Of a DNA stretch of 64,000 bases, positions 40,411 to 52,871 are shown piece by piece. A program made the translations under genes and the position numbers. Below the pieces are notes generated by a model. That model saw only the letters and a list, made by a program, of their open reading frames with translations, ran no database searches and was not told the origin of the DNA. Source of the DNA: Dictyostelium discoideum (Eukaryota); assembly GCA_000004695.1 (NCBI GenBank), contig CM000150.2, positions 3,648,001-3,712,000 on the forward strand, in the 5' to 3' direction. Each line of letters begins with the position of its first letter. Position 1 is the first letter of the stretch.

Positions 40411-41196
40411 TTATTTAATATCACTAAAAGCAATTAATGGTAATAATACAGGATAACTAACAATTTTTAAAGCAACATCACCTTTTGTTTCTTTTCTTTT
40501 TAAATGACCATTACAAATTTTAAAATCTTGATGTATAATTTTACCATTGTATGGACCTTCTTTCATTTTTTGAGTTAAATCATTCTTTTGTAAAGTTTTT
40601 AAATTAATTCTCCAATTTGAATAATCTTTTTTATAGGATGATGGTAAATTTGTTAAACCAAAATCAATTGCAGTTAAAGCGATTTTAATAGTTCCATGTT
40701 TAGCATATGATAAATTTTCAATTGTTTCAATTTCAACACCATATGGTAATAATGATAAATCAATACCAACAAATCCTAATAAATCATCACTACCAACTAA
40801 ATCATGATCAAATACATCGAATATCAGTATTTCATTATTTACATTTTCAATATCGATAAAAACAGTTTCATCCCATATTGGATTTAAATTTCTATCAATT
40901 ACTTTTGTAGCTTGAAATGATTCATTACTTGATTTTAATTTTATATATGGATCTGATGAATTTGTACAAACATCTTCAATCATTAAATTTTGGGCAGAGA
41001 TTAATCTAACTTTTAATTTTCCTTTTCCATTTGGTTCTGAAAAAAATATTGAATCTTCTGATGGTATAAATTTATTACCAATAATTTTATTTGGTCTTAA
41101 TATTGGTTTATTTTCATGAGGTAAAGTTTTTATAAAAATTGGTTTATCTAAATTTGATTTATTATTATTATTTTTTGATGGTGGAATAGTTTCCAT
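40411..41196 (-). CDS. C2-domain-containing protein
   Basis: GKLKVRLISAQNLMIEDVCTNSSDPYIKLKSSNESFQATKVIDRNLNPIWDETVFIDIEN…ILIFDVFDHDLVGSDDLLGFVGIDL is a canonical C2 beta-sandwich including the Ca-binding Asp positions. ATG verified at 41196. Confidence 0.8.
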   Translation of the reverse strand: METIPPSKNNNNKSNLDKPIFIKTLPHENKPILRPNKIIGNKFIPSEDSIFFSEPNGKGKLKVRLISAQNLMIEDVCTNSSDPYIKLKSSNESFQATKVIDRNLNPIWDETVFIDIENVNNEILIFDVFDHDLVGSDDLLGFVGIDLSLLPYGVEIETIENLSYAKHGTIKIALTAIDFGLTNLPSSYKKDYSNWRINLKTLQKNDLTQKMKEGPYNGKIIHQDFKICNGHLKRKETKGDVALKIVSYPVLLPLIAFSDIK

Positions 41197-42036
41197 TTAA
41201 TTTTTTAATAAATAAATAAAATTTTAATTAAAAAAAAAAAAAAAAATTTAATATTATAAAGAAATTTAAATGAATAAATTAAAGGAATTTTTTTTAGTAT
41301 AAAAAAAAAAAAAATAAAAAAATGGATTTGTTTTTTTTTTTTAGTATAAAAAAAAAAAAAAAAAAAATGGATTTGTTTTTTTTTTAATTTTTGAGAAAGG
41401 AAAAAAAATAATAAAAAAAAAAAAATGGTTTAACCAATTGGTGAAATTTTTGGATATTTTGAATTGAGATTAGATAGTATTGTTTTTTTTTTTATTTTAA
41501 AATTTTTGACCTGACAATGGTTTGTGTAAATTGATTGTGTCACATTTATATTATTTATCTCATTTTTTTATTATAAAATATATAGATATTTTTTTTTTTA
41601 TTTATTTTTTTTTTTTTTTTACAACAAATCTAATAATAGGGAAGATTCTTTTAAAAATATCTTTTATTTTTTGATATTTTTTTTTTTTTTAGGTATTATT
41701 TTTTTTTATTTTTTTTTTATTAAATTATTTTTTTTTTATTTATTAATTTAAATCAAAAATAATTTCCAAAAAAGGTTAATAATTTTTTATTTAACTTGAA
41801 ATGAATTCCAAATTCGATGAAAAAAAAAAAAAACAAATTTTTAAATCTTTTTTTTTTTTTTTTAAATTTAATTTTTCCTTTTTTTTTTCCTTTTTTTTTT
41901 TTCTTTTTATTTTTTTTTTTTTTATAATTATTTTATAATTTTTTTTATATGTGTGTGTGTGTGTTTAAAAACAATTTTTTATTTGGTGGTTTTTAAAAAC
42001 CTTTCATATTTCTATTAAAAAAAAAAAAAAAGTAAA

Positions 42037-42714
42037 ATGGTGTCCGATATTAATTTTTATAATAATAATAAAGATGAGCATATTAAAGCCAACACTTTTT
42101 CAATGGATCAAATTTGTCAATCTGCAGCATCAATATCTCCAATAATAACATCAACTTTAACAAATTCTCAACAACAGCATCACCAACTACAACAACAACT
42201 ACAGCAACAACAACAGCAGCAACAAAATAATATAATAACAAAACCAACAACTACTTCAATATCACCATCATGTACAGTACCATCAAGCCCAATAAATAAA
42301 CCTTTAAATAATTTTAATATAAATGATGACAATACCAACAAAAATAATAATAATAATTATAATATTAATAATAATATTAATAATAATAATAACGATAATA
42401 TAAAACTACAATGCGAAATATATGGATTCCATCGATTTATAACTTCAGCTAAAGGAGATATATCTATTAGTTCACTTTATAAAGGTAAATAAAATAAATA
42501 AAATAGGATTAAAAAAAAAAAAAATAATATATTAATATGTTTTATTTAATAAATTTTAGTATTAGAAGAAGAAATTAAACAAAATTATAAACTTAAAATT
42601 AAAATATTATTTATTAATGATTCAACACATAATAAATTATCACCAGATTCAATTGTAAATAAAGTTTTAAAGCAATCACAACAAATATATCTTTATGTGA
42701 CATGTGAAAAATAA
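42037..42714 (+). CDS. Hypothetical protein (201 aa) with Q/N-rich N-terminus and a small C-terminal beta-grasp-like domain; exons 42037..42484 and 42560..42714
   Basis: The ORF ends LYKG at a GTAAAT donor (42485), and the acceptor aaattttag ends at 42559. Exon 2 (V)LEEEIKQNYKLKIKILFINDSTHNKLSPDSIVNKVLKQSQQIYLYVTCEK* runs to the stop at 42714, with phase 1 consistent. A PB1/ubiquitin-like fold is only a guess. Confidence 0.45.
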
Positions 42715-43171
42715 ATAGAATAAAATTAAATAATAATAATAATAATAATATATGTATAAAAAAAAAAAAAAATAATAATAAAAAAATAAAATAAAATAAA
42801 AAAAAAGGAAGAAATAAACGCACTGGTGTTGTTTTTCAAAACGAATTATATAAAATCATTTATATATAATATTCATTTTTTAAACATTTATTATTATATT
42901 TGTTATTATTATTATTAAAATTATTTATTATTATTATAATTATTATTATTATTTTTTTTTTTTTTTAATTATTGATACTACTTATTATTATTTATACTAA
43001 TTAGTTTGAAAGTTTTTTAATTATTATTATTATTATTATTATTTTTTTTTCTTTTTATTATTATTGATTGGATTTATTTATTGATTTACAAAATATTAAT
43101 ATTATTTATCGTCTACACAAAAAAAAGAGGGGGTTGCTGCATAAATTGATTTATTAATATTTTGACCATAA

Positions 43172-44200
43172 TCATTCAAGGCCACAATCTTTTAAAAATT
43201 TTGCAAGGAAATTATGATAAATTTGAATATCTGTTTTTGAAGTTGGAATTAAATGACCAAATTCATGGACATAACATTCAGGATTTGAAAATTGATGTGA
43301 AAGTGATTCACAATTTGATGCGGCAACCAACTCATCTGCTTTACCCCAAACATGAAGTGATGGTGTATTAATCTTTGCTAATGGGTAAAATGATGTGGTT
43401 GGTGTTGTAGAGGTTGATGATGTTAATGATAGTGATGTTGGTGATGGTGGTGAGTGTTGTTGTTGGTGTTGATGTGATGAAGATGATGAAGATGGTGTTG
43501 TCGTAGTGTGCTCCATTTCGAATTGGGTAACAGAACAACATTCACATCCAGAGTTTTCACCATTCTTTAGTGTTGTTGATATGGCAGATGATGATGGTGG
43601 TGGTGATGATTGTGGATATAATGATTGATGTGCTGTTGCTCTACTTTGGAATCCACTAAATAATAATGCAAATTTAATTTGGAAACAACTATTATTACTA
43701 TCTTCATTATAATTATAATTATCATTATTTAATGATGAAATTGAACAAATTAAACTAGCTAATACTGCACCTTGACTAAATCCTATAAAAATATATAAAA
43801 TAAAAAAAAACAATAAAATAAAAAAAAAAAAAAAAAATAATTAGAAATTATATACCAATAATAATAATTTTTTTAAAAAAAAAAAATAAAAATAAAATAA
43901 AATAAATTTACCAATTACACCATCAAATGGACCTTGAGTTTCAAATACATTACGAAGATAATCTAAAGTTTGTTCCCAACCTCTATATTCTTTACCATCT
44001 TTTGATGCTCTCCACCAAGATGATGATCCTTTTGATTCATCAACCATATGAGGGGCATCGACATAAATAAACTCTGCTATATCTTTTAATGATTTACGTA
44101 AGACTGCTGTTTTCGAACGAAATGCTACTGCATTTTGTTTATAACCATGTAAGCATAATATACGTAATAATTTCTTTGGTGTTTCAACTCCAATTGCCAT
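43172..44200 (-). CDS. FSH1/OVCA2-family serine hydrolase; exons 44200..43912 and 43782..43172
   Basis: The N-terminus LRILCLHGYKQNAVAFRSKTAVLRKSLKDIAEFIYVDAPH is the FSH1 signature. The donor ATTG|GTAAAT and acceptor tatag|GA recreate the nucleophile elbow DGVIG-G-FSQGA (GxSxG). The C-terminus …HVWGKADELVAASNCESL…HEFGHLIP contains the catalytic Asp/His region. There is a Ser/Thr/Q-rich insert. Confidence 0.8.
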
Positions 44201-45189
44201 TTTTTCTTTTTTTTTTATATTCTTTTTGTTTAATTGGTTGTTTTTTTTTTTATCCTTTTGGTTGGATTAGTTTTTTTTTTTTTTTTTTTTTTTTTTTGTT
44301 TAAACAATTATATTTTAAAAAAAAAAAAAAAAAATTAATAAACTGTATTTAATTATAATTATAAAAACAACTTTTGAATAATTATTAATTATTTAATTTT
44401 TTGAGGTTGTTACTTTTTATTTTTATTTTTTTTTTTTTTATGTTTTTTTGAAAACGAAAAAATTATTTATAAAAAAAAAAAAAAAAAGGTGCAAAATAAT
44501 AAACTAAATTTTTTTTTTTTTTTAATTAAAAAAAAAAGAAAGAAAGAACAATATTATTATTTGTTATTATAAATTATTATAATACACTGAATAAAAGTTG
44601 GATTATTGTTATAAAAAAAAATAGAAAAAAAAAAAACCAAAAATATTTCCAAACGAAAAAACAATAACAAAAAAAAAAAAAAAAAATATTTTTTAAAATT
44701 TAAAAATTTTATTTTTTTTTTATTTTTAATTTTAATTTTTTATTTTTTTATTTTTTTATTTTTATTTTTTTATTTTTTTATTTTTATTTTTATTTGTATT
44801 TAAAAATAATATTAGAAAAAAAAAAAAAAAAAAAAAAAAAACGTTCACCCACCAGAGTTGTTGGGAACATAATATTATTACTACACACACACACACAAAC
44901 AAGATGATTTACATTTTTTTTTTTGATACATACAAAAAATTGCACAATGCACCAAAAAAAAAAAAAATAAAAAAAAAAAAATAAAAATAAAAATAATATC
45001 AAAAGAAATCCATTTTTGAAAATAAAAAAAAAGATAAATTTTTTAAATCTTTTTATTTATACTTAATTAGATAATTAATTATAGAGTTTTAATTAAAATT
45101 TTAAAATTTTTAATTTAAATATTTTTACAACATTTTTAAAAATTAAAAAAGTAAAAAAAAAGGAGCGAAAAAAACAAAAATATGGTTGT

Positions 45190-45228
<39 letters not shown>

Positions 45229-45864
45229 AAAATGGGATCGTATCTTACTTTTTTTTAAATATTTCTTTATTTTGGTTTTAAAATAATAAAAATTATAAAA
45301 AAAAAAAAATAATAAAAATAATGTATTTGAAAAAAATAATAATAATAATAATTTGAAAAAAAAAAAGTATCTTTTTTTTTTTTCTTTTTTTTTTGGATAT
45401 TTTTTTTTTAAAAATTTAATAATAATAATTTTTTTATTATTTTTTTTTATTTTTTTTTTTTTTTATTTTATTTAATTTTATTTTTTTTTAATTTTTTTTT
45501 TTTTATTTTATTTTTTGGATAAGACTTGCAACCTATATAATCTCACATTATAATTTTATTTTTATCAAAAAAAGATTTGATTAGATAAATATTAAATAAA
45601 TTGAAAAATCCCATGGTTCATAAAAATTAAAAGGGAATTTCAATACTCCCCAATTAATTTTATTTTTTTTATTATTTTTTTTTTTTTTTTTTTTAATATT
45701 ATTTTTTTTTTTAAAATTTCCTTATTTTTTTTTTTTTTTTTTAAATGGAAAAAAAAAAAACAACTTTTTTGTTTATATTTTATTTTCTTTATTGAATTTC
45801 CATTTATGGTTTAATAATTAAAAAATCGTATTATGAACCAATGTTATTTTTTGAAATATGGTCC

Positions 45865-45909
<45 letters not shown>

Positions 45910-45932
45910 GAAAAAAAAAAAAAAAAAAATAG

Positions 45933-45971
<39 letters not shown>

Positions 45972-46687
45972 AAAATATAATAAAATTAAATATATATATA
46001 TATAAACAAGTTGACGTTATCGATAATAGGAAAATCCATGAATGTTTTTTATTAAAATTTTTACTTTTTATACTTGGGTTCTAATGTAACGAAAGCAGTA
46101 GTTCTTCGTTACAATAACTATTTCAATTATTAACTTCAAGTTCATTTATATTAGTTTTATTATAATTATTCATTTCTAAATTAGTTTTATTTTTAATATT
46201 CTTTTTATAGTATAATATTTTAATTAATCTCTTTTCAGTATTTTATGTCAACACATTTTATTTAGTATGAAATGTAAATTAGAATTTTATTATTTTCAAT
46301 TTATTATACTCATCCTTCAAGAGATAATAATATATTAAAAAGAAATAATAAATAAATAAATAATTAAAATTAAATTAAATAAATAAAATTCTAAAAGCTT
46401 ATTAAATTAAATATTAAATAAACAAACAACAATTGAAACAAAACTATAAATATCTCAAATAATAAATTATTTAAAATAGATAAGTATTATAAATTTATAT
46501 TTAAATCATAAAAAAAATTTTAAATTATCAAAAAAAAAAAATTTATTATATTATATTTAAAAAAAAATTATAAATATATAAAAAATCAAAAAAAATTATA
46601 TTTATTATATTATATTTAAAAAAAAGTAATAGCTATTCTTTAAAAAAATTATTATTTTTTCTTCTGTTTGATTTCTTTTTGGTGTTG

Positions 46688-47408
46688 TTATTGCGCCATT
46701 TGGTTTGTTGTGGCAATGTTCTTGGTGTTGTGCTTCTTTGTTTGTGGTAGTGTTTGAATAGCTATTACTTGTTCTTTGTGTTGTTGTGCTTTTGGTTTGA
46801 CGCCTTTTTTTGTGGTAGTTATTGATAATCTTTTGAAAAAAAATACAAAAGAGGATGTATTTTTAATTACAGGTACTTTTTCATTTTGGACTTGTGTTTT
46901 GGGTAATGTTGTATTGTTGTATTTTCTAATGTATGGTTCTGGAAATTTTTTGTGACATTTAATATGATCCAAATATTCATCTTTATTATTAAAACTTTTA
47001 CCACGTATACCATTTGACATATATATATATGAAAGGAGAACTGTATGAGCCAACTTTAAATGAAATTCAAAAGATTGACGTGTGAGAAATTCTTGGCAGC
47101 AGACTTTAACCATGCATTTGAGTTTTTCATAGCCATGTTGAATGTAATGGCCAATCTTTTGGAGTTCATTTTGAGGTAATCAATACCACAGATTTTACCA
47201 TTATCCAACCATGAGCATTCAGATTCAGTATGACTCTCCAAATCAGATCCTTCACATTTGAATGGTTTACAATTATTTTGACGTGCAATTTAATATCACA
47301 AACGGAATTACCACAATCGTTACAAACAGATCTTTCTTTGATATCTTCTTCAACTTCTTCAACAACACCACGTTTTGGATATTCAAATTGAACTTCAGTA
47401 TTATTCAT
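46688..47408 (-). pseudogene. C2H2 zinc-finger-like ORF broken by two frameshifts (pseudogene or degraded element-borne gene)
   Basis: Three overlapping minus-strand ORFs in different frames read colinearly (MNNTEVQFEYPKRGVVEEVEEDIKERSVCNDCGNSVCDIKLH | …CKPFKCEGSDLESHTESECSWLDNGKICGIDYLKMNSKRLAITFNMAMKNSNAWLKS | …VKVCCQEFLTRQSFEFHLKLAHTV…LDHIKCHKKFPEPYIRKY…), with Cys/His spacing reminiscent of C2H2 fingers. The surrounding 46.0-47.9 kb is not low-complexity, unlike normal intergenic DNA here. Confidence 0.4.
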
Positions 47409-48189
47409 GACACCTTCATTTCTCTGTTTTATAAATGTTAAAAAAATATAGGTAATTTATAATTTTGAAAATTTATATTTATATAATTGTTATCTTACAT
47501 TGATCAAAAGATCATTCAAATGGTACTACCACTATTTTGAAAGTTTTGAGAACTATTGAATAGCAATCAATGCCATCTACATTAAAACTAAATACTCGTA
47601 AGCTATAGAGGTCTGTGAACCAAATTATGCAATCTATTGATTTATCATATGGAATAATATAACCCTGTGATGAATTTAGTATTTTGAATATAGAAAATTG
47701 TATTGTACAACCTCGCCATCATCAATATAATCACCCATGACTTTATATGAGAGAATGGATGCTACAATTTAGTTTATCCAAAAATGATGAGAACTTTTGA
47801 GTTTCATTATATAAAATTAATATGTATAGTTTTCAAATTTTGAAAAGTGCTCAAACTTGAATGGTTTTTATAATATTTATTTTTTTTGTCTTTAAATTAT
47901 ATTTTTCAAATAAAGTTTGGTTTATTAAAAAAATTAAAAAAACTTTTATTTTTTTATTTAAAAATGAAAAAAAAGAGTAGCTTTTTTTATTTAGTTTTTA
48001 TTATTAATAGCGATATTGAAAAGAGTTTAATAAATTTGGAAGAATTGTTTAACGATCAGATAAAATAACCCTATAAATTAGAAATTTATTAAAAGATTAG
48101 TATTTTTGTAAAATATACATATATTTTATTATTTTCTTTCTTTATTTTTTTTCCCCAAAAATAAAAAATGAAAATATTTCAATGATTTG

Positions 48190-48483
48190 TTAAAAAAAAA
48201 AATTAAATATAATTGGTTGTTGACCATTTTCGATAAAAGAAAAAGAAAAGAAAAGAAAAGAAAAGAAAAGAAAAGAAAAGAAAAGAAAAGAAAGAGTAAT
48301 AAGAGTAGGGAAAAGAAAAGAAACGAACCATATTGCGTGAATTATGCCTGGGATCACTCCGATTATAAACAATAAACAGTTTATTACTAATGACTTTCCA
48401 CAGCCCCTAACAAAAAAAACGGAAAGAGGAGAGAAAATGAAAGCTAGAATTAAAAGTAAGATGGTTCCTAAAGCATGTCCCAT
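48190..48483 (-). CDS. Pmp3/UPF0057 (RCI2-like) plasma-membrane proteolipid; 3' end uncertain
   Basis: MGHALGTILLLILAFIFSPLSVFFVRGCGKSLVINCLLFIIGVIPGIIHAIWFV matches the two-helix Pmp3 family (…LPPLAVFL.RG…D.ilnilLtilGwiPGiihAly…). The ORF then runs through the (CTTTT)n microsatellite (SFLFFSFLFF…), so the real C-terminus is probably shorter. Confidence 0.65.
   Translation of the reverse strand: MGHALGTILLLILAFIFSPLSVFFVRGCGKSLVINCLLFIIGVIPGIIHAIWFVSFLFPTLITLSFLFFSFLFFSFLFFSFSFIENGQQPIIFNFFF
48235..48294. repeat. (AAAAG)12 microsatellite
   Basis: A perfect pentanucleotide array aaaagaaaag… lies inside the 3' part of the Pmp3-like ORF (antisense CTTTT encodes the SFLFF repeats). Confidence 0.9.
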
Positions 48484-48907
48484 TTTTTTATTTTATAGTT
48501 TTATATATATATTTTTTTTAATATTTTTTTTTTATGTTAATTAAATTAATAAATAATTATTTTTTTTAATTTTGTTTTATAAACAAGTTGTTTAATTATT
48601 TTATAATATATATTTTTTTTTTAATTTTTTAAATTAATATTTCATTTCAAAACAAATAATTAATATTTATTTTTTAATTTTTTAATTTTTTTCAAAAAAA
48701 AAAAAATCTGTAAAAGAACAATGTTTAATTTAATTATAGTGAAAAATGATTTTTTTTTTTTATTTTAATTATTTAATCTTAAAATTATTAAATACATATT
48801 AGTTAATATGATGCGATATCACTAATATTTTAATAATTTTTTTTTTAAAAGAATAAAAAAAAAAACAAAAAAATTAAAATTGAAATAATATTATAGCATT
48901 ATTGTTT

Positions 48908-49135
48908 AAAAAGAGTAGCTCTTAGGTATCACACGAGTTTTATAAAATCTTTTTTTTTTTTTTTTGTAAATATTAGATATTTGAATTTTTCATTTAAATA
49001 TTATTATTATTATAAAAAAAAGAGTAGCTCTTAGGTATCACACAAGAGTTTTATAAAATCTTTTTTTTTTTTTTTTTAAAAAAATATTAGAAATTTGGAT
49101 TTTTCATTTAATATTATTATTATTTTAAAAAAAAA
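48908..49135. repeat. Two tandem copies of a roughly 112-bp unit beginning aaaagagtagctcttaggtatcacac…
   Basis: Copy 1 is 48908-49019 and copy 2 is 49020-49135, about 90% identical. The leading motif aaaagagtagct also occurs at 47966. Confidence 0.8.
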
Positions 49136-49370
49136 AAGAAAAACATAACCAATTTAATAAAAATAAAATAAAAACAAACACAAAAGATCTTAAAATTAGT
49201 TCCTTTTCTTTCCAAAATTTTTTATTTTTTTATTTAATATGTTTTGAGTTATAATATATATATTATTTTTTATTTATTTTAATTTTTATTTTTTATTATA
49301 TTCTTTTATTATTATTTTTTTTTATTTTTTTATTTTTTTTTATTTTTTTTTTTATTTTTTTTTATTTTTT

Positions 49371-51160
49371 TTATTTTCTGGTTAATAAAGTAGTTAAAAA
49401 TGGTGCTAAAGATTTCCAAAGTTTTTTAGCAACTATTGGCCAACCAATTAAAAAGAATATCAATGCTAAAATATTGACCCATAAGATAGAACGAGATTGA
49501 GCAGTACCAATTGAATTTAATTTTCTTTCTAATTCACTAATCTTTTCAATCCATTCTTTTTGTTTTTCTCTTGTTCTAATTTCATCCTCTTGAATATTCT
49601 TTACACATTCTTCAAGTTTTGTTAAATATGTATTATCAACCATTGTTGTATTAGTTAATAATGGTGCTGCTGTTGTATTATTATTATTATTGTTATTGTT
49701 GCTATTGTTATTATGATTTAAAGGTGGTGAAGATCTTTGAGTTGTAATGATAGTTGTATTTGTTTTTTGAATTTGTGTGAAAGCATCCTCTAAACCGAAT
49801 AAACGATTATGATTAACTTCAATAATACTCTTCAAATGAGAGATATCATTATTTATATTAATCATAAAGTTTTTAATATCTTTCTTTGAACGTGTATTTC
49901 TTAAACGTTCATTATTACTATTATTATTGTTATTAGAGATTTGCCAAACATCATTACTATCATAAAATTTATCATCGCTTGTTGATTGAATATCATCATA
50001 ATCAAAATCATCTTCATCTTCTTCATCATCTTCTTCGTTTTCTTCTTCTTCGTTAAAGTTTTCATTTCCATTATTATTATTATTATTATTATTTTTACGT
50101 AAATTATCTTCATCATCGTCGTCAGAATTAAAATCTAAATGTGATGGTGCTTTTCTTGAAATATCTGATAATTCTGAATCACTAAAATCTTCTTCACCAT
50201 TACTATTATTATTATTATTATTACCATTTAAACTATTTATATGTTGTACACTATTACTATCATTATATTTTTGTTGTTGTTGTTGTTGTTTATTTGATTT
50301 TTGATTTTCATCAACCATTATTTCGTCATCTTCGTCAATATAATTAGTAATATTCTTCTTACTATTGTTATTATTATTATTATTACTATTATTATTATTA
50401 TTATTATTACTTGATTTAACTTTATTGTTGGTATTATTATTATTATTATTATTATTTTTAACAGGGGTTGGAGTAATTCTTTTTAATTGTTCATTCTTTT
50501 CATATTCTTCAACTTGTTGTCTTACTAAAGTTAACCATTGTTTGAAAGAATCTTCAGTAGTATCATGAACCCAATTCTCTAAAACACCTTTAAACATTGA
50601 ACCATTGTAATTGTTTTTAACAACTATTACAACTTTACATCCTGGTAATGGATTACTAATTGGTGATACTGTCCATTCTGAAACTGATGAAAAACTTTTA
50701 CCAATTGATGATCCATCAAAAAATGTTTCTGATGAAACATATAATGAACTTTTTATTAATATAAAAATAAATAAAAAAAATAAAAAAAATAAAAAATAAA
50801 AAAAAAGTTAGTAAATATTATTGTCAAACACTTAAATGATAAATAAAAAAAAAAAAAAAAAAAAAATTAAAATTTTGAAATAACATACCCATTTTCAATA
50901 TATTTATAATGTTGTACTTCTTTTACTTTTGCTTTATCACCAACCAATCTATTGATTACAGGATTATTTGAAATAAAAGAACAAAAGGAAACTTCTCTTG
51001 TATATCTATTATCAGATGTTGGTGTCCATGCTTTCACTTCTATTTGATTATCACCTCTTGATGAATGATACTTTTGTTTGAAATTTGCATTTTCAAAGAA
51101 AAATGTAAAGAAAGTCTCCACTGAAATTCTAAATTCTTCTTCTAAATTTAAAATTTTCAT
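49371..51160 (-). CDS. VASt-domain (Aster/GRAMD1/Ysp2-like) putative sterol-transfer protein with C-terminal transmembrane anchor; exons 51160..50889 and 50748..49371
   Basis: Exon 1 (MKILNLEEEFRISVETFFTFFFENANFKQKY…VGDKAKVKEVQHYKYIENG) ends at a GG|GTATGT donor. A 140-nt intron and an aaaaag acceptor follow. Exon 2 continues the domain (SLYVSSETFFDGSSIGKSFSSVSEWTVSPISNPLPGCKVVIVVKNNYNGSMFKGVLENWVHDTTEDSFKQWL). There is a long acidic/N-rich linker and a C-terminal helix ILWVNILALIFFLIGWPIV typical of tail-anchored Aster proteins. Phase 2 is consistent (1650 nt total). Confidence 0.65.
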
Positions 51161-51522
51161 TTTATTTTATTTTATTTTATTTTATTTTATTTTATTTTAA
51201 AAAAAAAAAAATATCTAAATATATAAATAGAAATGAATCGGTTTCTTTCTTTTTTTTTTTTTTTTTTTTTCAAAGAAAATACTATTGGAAAAATAAAAAT
51301 AAAAAAAAAATGATTAAACGATTTGGTAAGTCTTTTTTTTTTTTTTTTTTTTTTAAAATACCAAAAACAAAAAAGTTTTTTTTTTTTTTTAAAAAAAAAT
51401 AAAAAATAAAAAAAAAATAAAAAAAAAATAAAAAAAAAATTTTATTTTTTTTTTTTTTTAAAAGAATTTGTTGATGTAATTACATTTTTTTTTTTTTTTT
51501 TTTTTTTCGTAATCATACCATC

Positions 51523-52100
51523 ATGACAGATAATAATAATTTAGATAGTTTAATAATTGATAAAGATGAATATTTAAATAGTCCAATGAATGTGGTTGAT
51601 AAATTATTTAAATTTGATCAAAACAATTTAAATAATGGGACTGTGTATAAAAAGTTTGAAAATGTAATTTCAGAAGATCAAATTTATAAATCAATACCTT
51701 TAGTTTCAACAATTAATCAATGTGATTTAAATAGTGGTAAATTAGTTAAAATTAGATGCATGATTCAAGATATTTTCGATCCACAATTTTGTCCATCTTT
51801 TAATAAAATTAAAAATATTGAAACAAATGAAATTGTATGGTATAATAAAAGTTTTAAAAAATAAATAAAAAATAAAAAATAAAAAAAATAAAAAATACAA
51901 TCTCTCTCTCTCTCTCTTTTAAAATTAAAATACTAATAAATTAATTATAATAATAATAATTATAGAGATTAGAAGCATCAAAATATAAAGATAAAATCAA
52001 TTTAAATGATTGTGAAGAGTTAATTTTCGATTCTTTTGATTCTTCAACATTTGATAAAACTATATTATATTGTATTCCAATACCCTGTGAAAATAAATGG

Positions 52101-52176
<76 letters not shown>

Positions 52177-52781
52177 GTAATGAACAAATTTCATCATCAT
52201 TATTAAATAAAAAGAAAAGAAATATAGATGATGCAGATATGAAGAATGAAAATGATGAAGAAAATAAAAAATCAAAAGATCAAAAATCTACAACCACTAC
52301 AACTACTACAACTTCAAAAGAAGGAGAAGAAGAAGGTGAAGAAGGAGAACAATTAACAAAATCAAAGAAATTATTAACAAATAATAAAATTGATATTAAT
52401 AAAATATTTAATTATCCAATCCCAATCGATTCAAATGATGAAAATAATTTAAAAACACCTTTTATTGTAAATATTTATGATGATGATATTATATTTGATG
52501 AAAATAATAAAGCAGTAACATTTAAAATTAATGAAATCATTGAATTTGTTGGTGTTGTTGCAAAATTTAATCCAACTTTACAACATCAATCCTCTAATTC
52601 TTCAGATCAAGGTGAAACAACAACAACAATCATTGATTTAATGTCAATGTTAGATGTTGATGAAATTTCAACTATTCCAGATACATTAATACCACAATTT
52701 CATGCTATAACTTATAGATATTTAGATCCATATAAATTTAATCACTTAAATCCATTCTCAATAGATACAAATACAACTATA

Positions 52782-52871
<90 letters not shown>

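Noticed and set aside
44790-45002. 70-aa minus ORF containing (CA)n-derived CVCVCV
   Set aside because: It is a dinucleotide microsatellite (acacacacacaca at 44884-44897) embedded in poly-T spacer. No gene-like features.
46040-46120. Possible tRNA or other structured RNA at the GC-containing hairpin gggttctaatgtaacgaaagcagtagttcttcgttac
   Set aside because: It has no cloverleaf, no GTTCRA T-loop box and no anticodon-stem geometry. I found no tRNA-like sequences in the window after scanning GC-containing islands by eye.
48187-48375. Plus-strand KRKEKK-repeat ORF
   Set aside because: It is antisense to the Pmp3-like gene and is produced by the (AAAAG)n microsatellite.
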